IMG/VR virus record: IMGVR_UViG_3300031951_000008
DNA: 64,000 nucleotides
Source of the DNA: a virus
Lineage: Duplodnaviria > Caudoviricetes
Direction: 5' to 3' (one strand)
Every line of letters starts with the position of its first letter. Position 1 is the stretch's first letter. The position numbers were made by a program, and so were the translations under genes. Below, piece by piece: positions 17,804 to 27,796 of the stretch. Under the pieces are notes generated by a model. The model saw only the letters and a program-made list of their open reading frames with translations, was not told where the DNA came from and made no database searches.

Positions 17804-19903
17804 ATGCAAATCAATGAGCTTGTCGATCTTTTAGTTAAAGCCGATATCGAATATTACCGAAATGGCACAAACAGCAGTTTGTCTGATGCCCAATATGATG
17901 CATTGAAGAACCAACTGAGAGAATCCTCTCCTGATCATCAATATTTGTCACAAGTAGGCTTACCTGTTGCCTATTTAAACGCCAGTAGGAAAAAGGTCAG
18001 GCATAATATTCCTATGGGATCTCTAGACAATACTGACAACGGGATCGCGGGATTTGAGCCCTGGCTGAAGAACTTATTTGATCAAGCAGCATTGCCGCCT
18101 ATAATGGCTTCGTTGAAGATGGATGGATCAAGCATTTGTGCTACCTATGAAAACGGCAAATTAGTAAGGGTAGCTACGAGGGGCAATGGAGAATATGGAG
18201 AGGATGTAACGTCGAATGGGGCTTTATTTAAAGGCCTACCGGTCATCTTACCAGAACCTTGGTGTGATACCCTTAACATCGACGTACGCGGTGAAGCTGT
18301 CCTTTACAAAGAAGATTTTCTGAAGGTCTGTGAGGAAGAAGGAATCCCAGAGGAAGAGAGGAGTAATCCAAGAAATGTCGGCAACGGGATCGTCAACAGA
18401 GAAGATGGTACTAATAGCAATCTAATTCATTTTGTCGCTTTCAATGTAGAAGGCTTACCTGTCGAATCAGAGCAAGATAAATTCGAGTTGCTTCGTAAGT
18501 TGGGTTTCGGTGTAGTAGAACACCGATTGTGCGACACGCCGGAAGACTTTTTGGCTTATTATCACGAGTGCTTAGCTAGAAGACAAGATCTGCCATTCGA
18601 AATCGATGGGATTGTGGTGTGTGTAAACAAAGTAGAACAGCAACTACAGTTTGTAACGCCAGACATTAAATCTAGGCTTAGACCTAAGTATGCCAGAGCA
18701 GTTAAATTCCCACACTTGTCGAACAACACAAAGCTCGTTGGTTGCACGATCACCGTAGGACATACTGGAGCTATTATCCCAACAGCCGTGGTTGAGACCG
18801 TGCGGGTAGGCGGAGTTAATGTATCCAATGTTTTATTAAACAATTGGGATGAGATCGATAGGCTCGGAATTTGCATAGGGGATACAGTTGAAGTTATTCT
18901 GTCTGGTGATATAATCCCCAAAATTATAAGACTTGTAGAAAAAGGCATTAAAAGAGAGCCTATAGCAGAGCCAACTGCTTGTCCATGCTGTGGTAGTAGT
19001 ACGACTAGAGTATTACGTGGCAAGCCTGGGGCGGTAACTTTCTGTACTAATGCAAAGTGCGATCAAGTTATCGTAGGCAAGATTAAGCATTGGATCGGCT
19101 CGTCCAAAAAGGGAGTAGGAATACTTGGTTTCGGTGATAAAACTATTGAGGCAATGACAACAGGTTATGCACACTCACCGGAAGAGTGGCTGGTTAATGA
19201 CCCAGCTGATCTATATTGTCTAACCGTCGAACAATTGGCTGATTTGGACTTAGTCACAGATGGAAAGATTATCCGTGTTGGCGAAAGCAGAGCACAGATG
19301 ATATATGATAATATACAGGCTAAGCGTGAGCTTCCGCTCCATGTTTTCTTAGGTGCTTTAGGTATCGAGCTTCTTGGGAGCCGCCGGGTGCTCATAATGC
19401 AGAAGGAGGCAAAAGGAAGGCTCGACAGACTTAAAGACTGGCTTGACATTGGCCTGCTAGAAACCATCGACTTACCGGGATTCGGAGAAGCTATCCGCGA
19501 GGCTGTTATAGCAGGAATCGAAGACAACAGAGCACTTATCCAAAAGCTTCTCAGTAATGGTGTTACAATAGTCGAGGCCAAGTCAAAGCAAGGCGATTCC
19601 ACGGCACCCAGTGTTACAACCGGCTCTACTGACAAGCCTTTTGCTGGCATTTCTTTTTGCCTGACTGGTACCAGAAAGTTTATTACGGAAATTGAAGCAC
19701 TTGGCGGAGAAGTCAAGAGCGGTGTTTCCAAAGGCTTAACGTTTTTGGTACAGGCAGATCCACTGAGCACTTCTACCAAAACGCAGAAAGCGGAAAAATA
19801 CGGCACCAAGATAATTTCGATTGACTGTCTAGAGAAGGCAGTCGGCGGTTCTGTTCAATTGACTTCTGACGGCTGTGTGGTCTATCCGACAGACCAGCAA
19901 TAA
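17804..19903 (+). CDS. ligA: NAD-dependent DNA ligase
   Basis: MGSLD, KMDG adenylation motif, ATRGNG, DVRGE, EIDGIV, VGHTG, C4 Zn finger (CPCC...CTNAKC), HhH region, C-terminal BRCT (FCLTG...VSKGLTFLV). Confidence 0.95.
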   Translation: MQINELVDLLVKADIEYYRNGTNSSLSDAQYDALKNQLRESSPDHQYLSQVGLPVAYLNASRKKVRHNIPMGSLDNTDNGIAGFEPWLKNLFDQAALPPIMASLKMDGSSICATYENGKLVRVATRGNGEYGEDVTSNGALFKGLPVILPEPWCDTLNIDVRGEAVLYKEDFLKVCEEEGIPEEERSNPRNVGNGIVNREDGTNSNLIHFVAFNVEGLPVESEQDKFELLRKLGFGVVEHRLCDTPEDFLAYYHECLARRQDLPFEIDGIVVCVNKVEQQLQFVTPDIKSRLRPKYARAVKFPHLSNNTKLVGCTITVGHTGAIIPTAVVETVRVGGVNVSNVLLNNWDEIDRLGICIGDTVEVILSGDIIPKIIRLVEKGIKREPIAEPTACPCCGSSTTRVLRGKPGAVTFCTNAKCDQVIVGKIKHWIGSSKKGVGILGFGDKTIEAMTTGYAHSPEEWLVNDPADLYCLTVEQLADLDLVTDGKIIRVGESRAQMIYDNIQAKRELPLHVFLGALGIELLGSRRVLIMQKEAKGRLDRLKDWLDIGLLETIDLPGFGEAIREAVIAGIEDNRALIQKLLSNGVTIVEAKSKQGDSTAPSVTTGSTDKPFAGISFCLTGTRKFITEIEALGGEVKSGVSKGLTFLVQADPLSTSTKTQKAEKYGTKIISIDCLEKAVGGSVQLTSDGCVVYPTDQQ

Positions 19904-19953
19904 ATTAGTAAATAGTGTAAAATTTATTAGCCGCTGTTTCGTCTGCTTGTCTT

Positions 19954-20397
19954 ATGCTGCGTGTTCACATTAGATGGCTTATCCGCAGGGATATGCCTCA
20001 GGTTTTAGGCATTGAAAACGAGTGCTTTGAGTATGCTTGGGATAAGTCGGATTTTGCCAATGTTTTGCGGCAAAGCAATACTATAGGCTTAGTGGCTGAG
20101 TATCAAGAAATAATAGTCGGATATGTGATATACCAGCTGCAGCCGAAAAGCATTTCGATAATAAATTTAGCTGTCAAAGGCAGTATGCATAGGTCTGGTA
20201 TAGGGCAACAGATGCTTGACTTATTAAAGGCTAAACTAAAGGAGCAGAATAGAAAGCAGATACATACTTTGGTTAGAGAAACTAATTTACCTGCGCATCT
20301 GTTCCTCAAGTCTCAGGGTTTTAGGGCTGTCAAAGTCAATAAGCTCGAATATATCGACAGCCATGAGGACAGTTACCTCTTCGAATATAATTTATAG
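19954..20397 (+). CDS. rimI: RimI-like GNAT N-acetyltransferase
   Basis: IRWLIRRDMPQVLGIE, INLAV, RSGIGQQML, VRETNLPAHLFLKSQGF. Confidence 0.8.
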   Translation: MLRVHIRWLIRRDMPQVLGIENECFEYAWDKSDFANVLRQSNTIGLVAEYQEIIVGYVIYQLQPKSISIINLAVKGSMHRSGIGQQMLDLLKAKLKEQNRKQIHTLVRETNLPAHLFLKSQGFRAVKVNKLEYIDSHEDSYLFEYNL

Positions 20398-21411
<1,014 letters not shown>

Positions 21412-21422
21412 TAGGTGCAGAT

Positions 21423-21911
21423 ATGAAGTACGTTGTAGCTCTAGTGTTCATTGTATCATTTTCTACTACAGGAGAAGCAAGTTGTCGCTTCTTTAACAGA
21501 GTAAGATCACATTGTAGGCAGAAGGCGACAGTGCAATGTGTGTCAATTAATAAGGGTTGTGTACAGTCCGCTTCTACTGCCTGTGTATCTGGGCCAGCAA
21601 TTGCTACTAATGCCCCTCAGTCAGTGACCGCACCAGTTACCGCACCAGTTACCGCACCAGTTACCGCACCAGCACCGACACCTGCGGCACCAACACCTGC
21701 AGCACCAACGGTTGTACCGGCACCTGCGGCACCTGCAGTACCGGCGGTAGTGCCAGCACCCGCAACAACGTCTGTATCGGCTGCTGAAACGCCATTATCA
21801 CGAGCAGTACCAACGGCTCCTTTATTGGATGCTTCGGTTATCTTAGATAACGTCGATACTAAAAAGCATGATACTGATAAAAATCCTGCAGTTGGCATCA
21901 GATTTAAATAA
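21423..21911 (+). CDS. signal-peptide protein with a Pro/Ala/Thr-rich linker
   Basis: MKYVVALVFIVSFS signal, Cys-rich segment, then TAPV and PAAP repeats. Confidence 0.7.
   Translation: MKYVVALVFIVSFSTTGEASCRFFNRVRSHCRQKATVQCVSINKGCVQSASTACVSGPAIATNAPQSVTAPVTAPVTAPVTAPAPTPAAPTPAAPTVVPAPAAPAVPAVVPAPATTSVSAAETPLSRAVPTAPLLDASVILDNVDTKKHDTDKNPAVGIRFK
21627..21674 (+). repeat. 12-bp tandem repeat x4 (ACCGCACCAGTT) encoding TAPV
   Basis: Three exact copies plus one copy ending GCA. Confidence 0.85.
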
Positions 21912-21940
21912 GTTTACTCCGACGCAAAAATAGTATAGGT

Positions 21941-22369
21941 TTGTATCAAAAACCATCACGTTTTTTAGTAGGAGTAAGTGCTATGGCTGCTCAACCAGCT
22001 AACACCGACATTAAGGTGTACCGGTCAGTAAGATCTTACCGGCAGATGCACAGACATGAATCTGTGGCCGCTATAATTAAGAAATTACGGCCATTGGTTA
22101 TGAGTGTGCCTGGCCGTGAGATTCTTGTTGAAGTCAAGTCCCGCGACACTTCCGTAGTTGATTTTTCGCCATATATGGGTGAAGCTCGACATACGGCCAA
22201 TCGCGGTTTCCCGATCGTTGTTGGTCTCGCTGACCAAACCACATTCTCTGATGCACAATCAGGCATTCCAGATGTCGATTTTGCATTCCAAATTGGCCAT
22301 GACAAGTTCTTGACCAATACGAGTGTTGGGCTCAGCGGTGACTTGCAAGCAGATCTCCGGGCTGTCTAG
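21941..22369 (+). CDS. hypothetical protein
   Basis: ORF; likely start at ATG 21982 after GGAG. Confidence 0.6.
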   Translation: MYQKPSRFLVGVSAMAAQPANTDIKVYRSVRSYRQMHRHESVAAIIKKLRPLVMSVPGREILVEVKSRDTSVVDFSPYMGEARHTANRGFPIVVGLADQTTFSDAQSGIPDVDFAFQIGHDKFLTNTSVGLSGDLQADLRAV

Positions 22370-22392
22370 TCAAGAGATCGTCGCGAGCATAG

Positions 22393-22426
22393 AAAAATGG
22401 CGGCTAGAGATGGCCGCCATTTTTTG
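22393..22426 (+). terminator. intrinsic terminator, potentially bidirectional
   Basis: AAAAATGGCGGC-tagagatg-GCCGCCATTTTTT. Confidence 0.85.
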
Positions 22427-22480
22427 TATCAGCACCGAGTTCCGCTATCAAAATTAGGATAGAATAGGAGATGAGATCAA

Positions 22481-23035
22481 ATGCCAGCGACAGTTATTAT
22501 CAACAGATGGACAGGCTCTTCGGGTTCGCCGACTTACACGGACATCACAAGCAAGAATACTGTAGCAAATGCGGTTGACTCGCACCAAGGTACAGCATCA
22601 ACAAGCACCAACCCTATTCGAATCCCAAGCTCTGGAACGAATTACAGTTTTTGGGTAGTGACGAGGTTGCAAGCTACAGTAGCACCAGCAGGAACTATTG
22701 ATAACATCAAATGGTACACGGACGGATCAAACAATTTCACTACGCCCGGCGTTGACTGCATAGGCAATACTGCTACGACGTATGTACAAGCACTTGGCAC
22801 CACTGGGACTACGGGCTTGGTCTTAGGTACAACCAATTACACTACCTTGACTGGTACTGCTGCCAACGTATTTTCATCATTCACCTCTGGTTCACCGAAA
22901 AGCGTAACGGGCTCTATTGTCGGTACTACTGGCCACTTTGGTGATTGGTTTGTTTATCAAATCACTGTTGGCACCAACGCTACACCAGGTACGACCGCTC
23001 AAGAAACTTTCACATGGTCATACGACGAAACTTAA
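22481..23035 (+). CDS. putative virion structural protein, Thr/Ser/Gly-rich beta protein
   Basis: Very Thr-rich, beta-strand-like, ends ETFTWSYDET; AGGAG RBS; begins the morphogenesis region. Confidence 0.55.
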   Translation: MPATVIINRWTGSSGSPTYTDITSKNTVANAVDSHQGTASTSTNPIRIPSSGTNYSFWVVTRLQATVAPAGTIDNIKWYTDGSNNFTTPGVDCIGNTATTYVQALGTTGTTGLVLGTTNYTTLTGTAANVFSSFTSGSPKSVTGSIVGTTGHFGDWFVYQITVGTNATPGTTAQETFTWSYDET

Positions 23036-23044
23036 GAGGCAATC

Positions 23045-23329
23045 ATGAAAGTATCGAAAGGCGATGAGTTGTATTATCGCGGAAGAAGAGTTAGTGAACC
23101 TACTCTTTGCAAAGTCATCGCGATTACTACCGATGAAGCTAAGCAAATCGGCTTAGAGTTCAAAACCGATGTGGGTGGTCATTCTTGTGACGGCAGGGGT
23201 AAACAAGGATTCTGCTTATGGGCAAGGTCCTGGGACCTGATGACCAAAGCTGAGTACAAAGCCATGCAAGAAGCACAAGAAGCTGCTATTGCAAATGCTC
23301 CTAAGGAACTTGATTCTATCGAACTGTAA
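23045..23329 (+). CDS. hypothetical protein
   Basis: 94 aa ORF with GAGG RBS. Confidence 0.7.
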   Translation: MKVSKGDELYYRGRRVSEPTLCKVIAITTDEAKQIGLEFKTDVGGHSCDGRGKQGFCLWARSWDLMTKAEYKAMQEAQEAAIANAPKELDSIEL

Positions 23330-23739
23330 TGTCGCAAAGCAATACCCTTTTTTGGTTAGCGAGATATCAGGATGGATCGTGCAGGCATCAGCATGAAAAT
23401 GGAGCTGATGTCTGCTTTGATGATGTTAGTAGAGAAGGATTAAGAGATTTAATATTAGCAGATGTTAATGGCAATACTGTTTTGCATCTTGAAGTGAAGC
23501 CTGGGCAGATGGTCTTCTACCGGCGAAGAACCATCATGATACCGGGAAAGGAACAAGAAGTGATGCACATATTAGGCCACAGGATAATACATAGTGGCGA
23601 GTCAATACTATATCCGATCTTTGTGTACGAAAGTGATTTGCGAATCGAAGTAGGCGACTTCAGAGAGAAGCCAAAAAAGCCTGACGAAAAGCGGCATGCG
23701 ATCAGCTTTCATCCGGCAGATGACACTCCTGTAACTTAG
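23329..23739 (+). CDS. hypothetical protein
   Basis: 136 aa ORF, TAATG coupling. Confidence 0.7.
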   Translation: MSQSNTLFWLARYQDGSCRHQHENGADVCFDDVSREGLRDLILADVNGNTVLHLEVKPGQMVFYRRRTIMIPGKEQEVMHILGHRIIHSGESILYPIFVYESDLRIEVGDFREKPKKPDEKRHAISFHPADDTPVT

Positions 23740-23754
23740 TCATCAGATTGCCTC

Positions 23755-23761
23755 AAATATA
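23755..23761 (+). promoter_or_regulatory. AAATATA candidate late-promoter element
   Basis: Intergenic, 17 nt before ATG 23779; recurs before other late genes. Confidence 0.5.
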
Positions 23762-23778
23762 ATATTAGGAGAATTAAT

Positions 23779-24309
23779 ATGAAATACGTACCATTTACAG
23801 CACACATTTCGATCGTCCCAGATGCCGGAAAGAGGCAAGAGAAATGGCTAAGCATGCAGAAGATAGCATCTATAGCCTACGAAGGTCTGTTGACGATCGT
23901 CCCATCTGTAATAAACATTGCAATTCCAGGCGGTGGTCAGAAAAGAACTCTGTCTGGTCTTCAGAGAGGCGGGATTGGTAGCTATTCCGATGGTTTGGCA
24001 GTTAAGCCAGCATTTGGCAATTATCCATCGCAGATGATGATAACTGGCTTCTATGATACAAGTAATCAGAATATTCAACCAGAAGAAGAACACTTGATTA
24101 TAAGTGGCGGAGAATCTTATTATGGTTCTAGGTCACAATTGTTTGTGCAGAATGAAAAATTAGAGATTTCAAACCAAGTTAGAAATCTAAGACAGGCCCT
24201 CGACACTGCTATAGGTACTAACATGCCTGCAAGTGTTATCTATAGTGTCTTCCGCATCGACTATAACGGGATAATATATGGTAATCGTGGAATACACTTT
24301 CCACGTTAG
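23779..24309 (+). CDS. hypothetical protein
   Basis: 176 aa ORF with AGGAG RBS and upstream AAATATA. Confidence 0.75.
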   Translation: MKYVPFTAHISIVPDAGKRQEKWLSMQKIASIAYEGLLTIVPSVINIAIPGGGQKRTLSGLQRGGIGSYSDGLAVKPAFGNYPSQMMITGFYDTSNQNIQPEEEHLIISGGESYYGSRSQLFVQNEKLEISNQVRNLRQALDTAIGTNMPASVIYSVFRIDYNGIIYGNRGIHFPR

Positions 24310-24335
24310 CCAGCTTCAAAGATTAACTGGGAGGT

Positions 24336-25124
24336 GTGAATATGGCTATAATGGCACCAGCAGATCTGCCATCTGTGTTAAAGGTTAGATCTGAACCGAT
24401 GAAGAAATATGTTCTCTCGAAGCTCGGATATCCCAATGTAGATGTCGAAATACATGAAGATCAGTGGGAAACGATATTTCGTGTTGCAGGCGATTTCATA
24501 GCCGGATACTTTCCGCGAGAGCAGAAGCTAGCTATGTTTTATACGACTCCACTACAATCAACATATCCGCTTCCACAAGATGCATATTGGGTACAACAAG
24601 TAAATTGGGATCCGGTTACTACGAGAATCGATGATGTATTTGGAGCAGAAAGCTTCCTGTTCAATATAGGAAATATATCAGGAATCCAGAACATATTGAC
24701 AGATTATCATTTGTTGCAAGCTTATCGCAAATTCTCGCAGAAAGTGCTTGGCACAGAGGGACATTGGGAAGTTATAAATGAGGGTAACAGCCATGTCGAG
24801 GGCGACTCGTTATCTGCGAAAGATCAATTGATCAGACTTTATCCGACTCCTAAAGGTGCTTTCCCAGTGGTTGTACTATACATACCTGTAATTAATTATT
24901 TTAGAAGCCCACAAGCTAGGATGATATGCTACGACATGATGCTAGCAGAAGCCAGAATAGCGGTAGGAAGTGCTAGGAGAAAGATAAGCGGAATGCCAAC
25001 ACCAGACGGCGGATCTATAAGTTATGATGGCTCTGATCTGGTGCAGGAAGGCGAAAAAATGAAGGACGAGATACTAGAGAAAGCTAGACAGTTAGGTGAA
25101 CCGGACGGAGTATATCTATGGTAA
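24336..25124 (+). CDS. neck protein, T4 gp13-like
   Basis: KKYVLSKLGYPNVDVEIHEDQW matches the gp13-type N-terminus; C-terminal GGSISYDGSDL...EGEKMK. Confidence 0.75.
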   Translation: MNMAIMAPADLPSVLKVRSEPMKKYVLSKLGYPNVDVEIHEDQWETIFRVAGDFIAGYFPREQKLAMFYTTPLQSTYPLPQDAYWVQQVNWDPVTTRIDDVFGAESFLFNIGNISGIQNILTDYHLLQAYRKFSQKVLGTEGHWEVINEGNSHVEGDSLSAKDQLIRLYPTPKGAFPVVVLYIPVINYFRSPQARMICYDMMLAEARIAVGSARRKISGMPTPDGGSISYDGSDLVQEGEKMKDEILEKARQLGEPDGVYLW

Positions 25125-25618
25125 ACCCAATTAGAGGTGACATAGATGTCCTTCTTAAACTTGAAGTGAAAGGCAACAATAAAGTATTGGTACCGGGTTG
25201 TGAGCCAACTTCTTCGCTATCGTCTAAGACATTGTCAGCATATATGGCGAAAGGTCAGGGATGTAAAAACGCATTAGTCGATTTAAAGCTAGCGTTAGCA
25301 GCTATACCTGGTTCTAAGATTGAATATGGATTTAATTATAATAAAACAAGAGCTAAATGGTTTGTATTGCCACCGATAGTTTCTGGTTGCCCATGCGACA
25401 CATATACTGACTACTACGATATCTTGCGGAATTTGCCGGGGACCGAGATTCCGATAGAAGAAGAATTTGATAAGTGTGATCTAATTGGAATGGGCTATTG
25501 TCCATCACCAGACTTTGATAGCGTGGAGCCACCTCCATCTAGTACCTACCATCAAGAAGGGTCTTTCCCTACTGTAGGAGGTGTATTGCCTCCTATTCCA
25601 CCGTGGGCTGTCGACTAG
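25118..25618 (+). CDS. hypothetical Cys/Pro-rich protein
   Basis: 166 aa ORF overlapping the neck gene stop. Confidence 0.6.
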   Translation: MVNPIRGDIDVLLKLEVKGNNKVLVPGCEPTSSLSSKTLSAYMAKGQGCKNALVDLKLALAAIPGSKIEYGFNYNKTRAKWFVLPPIVSGCPCDTYTDYYDILRNLPGTEIPIEEEFDKCDLIGMGYCPSPDFDSVEPPPSSTYHQEGSFPTVGGVLPPIPPWAVD

Positions 25619-26169
25619 TCGGAGGTAGGATCTTGAAAGAAAAAACCTGGTATCGCGGGAGTGTTAGACGTGATCCTTTATCTATGATTGAAGGTCAAAA
25701 TGAAACAGAGCAATTTGGACCAGGCATATATTTCACTGACAACATTGAGACAGCTACTAGTTATGCCTACCCGGATGGGAAGATATACGCTTACAATATA
25801 AACACTGATGCAGGATTTTACAAAAAAGGCGATAAGATAAGAATAGGGGTGATCAAAAAGATCGTTAGCTATGCTGATCAGGACGTATTAGATATCGCTT
25901 TGTCAGATTGGTCTGAGGACAAGGATGAAGCTTATACGAAGATGATTAATAGTATTGTGAAGTATAGTAAAGACATGCCAGACGCTTTACAGCAGACGTG
26001 TCGAGATGTATTCAATTGGGACAGGGAGGATTTTATATTGTCGTGCAAAGCCGTAAGTGTTAATGGGTTTATACTGAAAGACCCCTTCGACTCACAACGT
26101 TCAGAATCATATCTGGTCTTGTACAATACTAAGTTAGCGAGCTTAGTAGAAACGTATGATTATTTTTAA
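25603..26169 (+). CDS. ADP-ribosyltransferase-like protein (ART-PolyVal type, putative)
   Basis: WYRGS...FGPGIYFT...ATSYA...GKIYAYNI...NGFIL...ESYLVL. Confidence 0.55.
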   Translation: MGCRLVGGRILKEKTWYRGSVRRDPLSMIEGQNETEQFGPGIYFTDNIETATSYAYPDGKIYAYNINTDAGFYKKGDKIRIGVIKKIVSYADQDVLDIALSDWSEDKDEAYTKMINSIVKYSKDMPDALQQTCRDVFNWDREDFILSCKAVSVNGFILKDPFDSQRSESYLVLYNTKLASLVETYDYF

Positions 26170-26186
26170 TATTATGCGAGCAGAAG

Positions 26187-26846
26187 ATGGCAGGATTAAT
26201 AGAGCACGTCAAGGAATCATTTCATAAAGCTGAAGCATATATATCAAAATTAGATAACTACATATTATCTATGGACGGGATGTCTGGTAAGAAAACAAGG
26301 CATCTATATAATAATATAGCATCTATGCCTGATTCGAAATATTTAGAAATAGGTACTTGGAAGGGCTCAACTGTCTGCTCAGCTTTATGTAATAACTCGA
26401 TATATTGCGTAGCGATTGACAATTGGACGGAATTCGGAGGTCCTAAAGATGAATTTATGAATAATTTTAATAGGTACAGAGGCGATAGCAATGCGACTTT
26501 TATAGAGGCAGACTGTTGGTCTTTGGGTACAAAAGACTTTGATATATCAAAGAAATTTAATATTTATATGTATGATGGTAATCATGATGAAAATGCACAC
26601 TTCAGAGCCTTAAGCCATTTTCAGCCTTTATTAGAGGACGAATTTATTTATATAGTAGATGATTGGAATTGGGATTATGTTAATAGGGGAACGTTAGAAG
26701 CTATAAATAGGAACCACTTTGATATCTTATACAAACATGAGCTTTTTACAAATAACAAAGTTCATCCAGAATGGGGAGTGCCTGGCGGGGCTGGCAAAGA
26801 TGGTGACTGGCATAATGGTATCTGCGTTTTTGTGCTTAAGATATAG
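26187..26846 (+). CDS. class I SAM-dependent methyltransferase (Methyltransf_24-like)
   Basis: YLEIGTWKGST, VAIDNW, YMYDGNHD, IVDDW. Confidence 0.85.
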   Translation: MAGLIEHVKESFHKAEAYISKLDNYILSMDGMSGKKTRHLYNNIASMPDSKYLEIGTWKGSTVCSALCNNSIYCVAIDNWTEFGGPKDEFMNNFNRYRGDSNATFIEADCWSLGTKDFDISKKFNIYMYDGNHDENAHFRALSHFQPLLEDEFIYIVDDWNWDYVNRGTLEAINRNHFDILYKHELFTNNKVHPEWGVPGGAGKDGDWHNGICVFVLKI

Positions 26847-26877
26847 CGGGTATCGAGGCTCATAATATAGATTAGCC

Positions 26878-26884
26878 AAATATA
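26878..26884 (+). promoter_or_regulatory. AAATATA candidate late-promoter element
   Basis: Intergenic, upstream of the gp14-like gene. Confidence 0.5.
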
Positions 26885-26903
26885 CATAAGAAGGATATTT
26901 TAT

Positions 26904-27524
26904 ATGTCATATAGATTTGGCCAGATCGTAGGTGTAGATGCAGTAAGCTATGATGCTGTATATGAAAGCATGAGGTCAGATATTGACCAGCGGAATACTC
27001 CATTAGCACTGCATGACCCTGGTTCTAACGATGTGAAGCTAGCTAGGCAGCAAGCAGACGAGATGATAAATGTCAGCGGAGCGACAGTCACAGTATACAC
27101 ACGTACAAACAATTCTGATTTTGACACTGTCTGGGACGAAGACCCAGATCCTACGTATTGGAACCCGGTACAACTCAAAGGGTTTTACAAGCCAAATCCG
27201 ATTGAAATGGAATTAAATAGATGGGGTCTTGATACGACGAATAAAACAGATATTATTTTTAGCCACAGACAATTATATGAATTGCTCGGCGATCGAATGT
27301 TACGTATAGGCGACGTAGTTCAAATTCCATATAACGCTGTAACACTGGGTTTAAGAAATTATAGAATACTTAACGCTACTCCGTCTGGGCAGTTCAGATA
27401 TATTTGGCTATATTATACATGTCAATTAGAACTGCTGACAGCCGATATCACTGTGAGGCCAGAGGGCGATATGCAGACAGATGATGATTTACCGTCTGGT
27501 GGAGTTTACAGGGAGTCATTATGA
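26904..27524 (+). CDS. head closure / neck protein, T4 gp14-like
   Basis: DTVWDEDPDPTY...ELNRWGL...MLRIGDVV...YRIL beta-barrel pattern; position between gp13-like and gp15-like genes. Confidence 0.6.
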   Translation: MSYRFGQIVGVDAVSYDAVYESMRSDIDQRNTPLALHDPGSNDVKLARQQADEMINVSGATVTVYTRTNNSDFDTVWDEDPDPTYWNPVQLKGFYKPNPIEMELNRWGLDTTNKTDIIFSHRQLYELLGDRMLRIGDVVQIPYNAVTLGLRNYRILNATPSGQFRYIWLYYTCQLELLTADITVRPEGDMQTDDDLPSGGVYRESL

Positions 27525-27796
27525 GCCTTGAACGAGATATTAAAGCAATGGACAATTCTCATAGAGTGAGCTATCACACATTAGCTAATGCGGTGATGAA
27601 TAAGATTTTGAGAGACCTCGGTAGCATTTCTGGTGATTTGCAGAAGAATGCTGAGATTAACAGAACAAATGCTGGTAATACAATCCAGATAAACATAAGC
27701 ACAGAAACGCGGCCAGGCGTTGAGGATAAAGTAAGGCAATATTTTAACAGCATTAAGAATCCTTCCAACTTGCTAAGCGGTATCGAACCAGAATGA
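27521..27796 (+). CDS. hypothetical protein
   Basis: 91 aa ORF with ATGA overlaps at both ends. Confidence 0.65.
   Translation: MSLERDIKAMDNSHRVSYHTLANAVMNKILRDLGSISGDLQKNAEINRTNAGNTIQINISTETRPGVEDKVRQYFNSIKNPSNLLSGIEPE

Noticed and set aside
18562-19809. Long antisense ORFs (153 and 214 aa) inside ligA
   Set aside because: Fully opposite a conserved gene and in the codon-mirror frame; typical shadow ORFs.
21627-21674. 12-bp tandem repeat as a mini-CRISPR or iteron
   Set aside because: No spacers; it is in frame and encodes TAPV in a Pro/Ala-rich linker.
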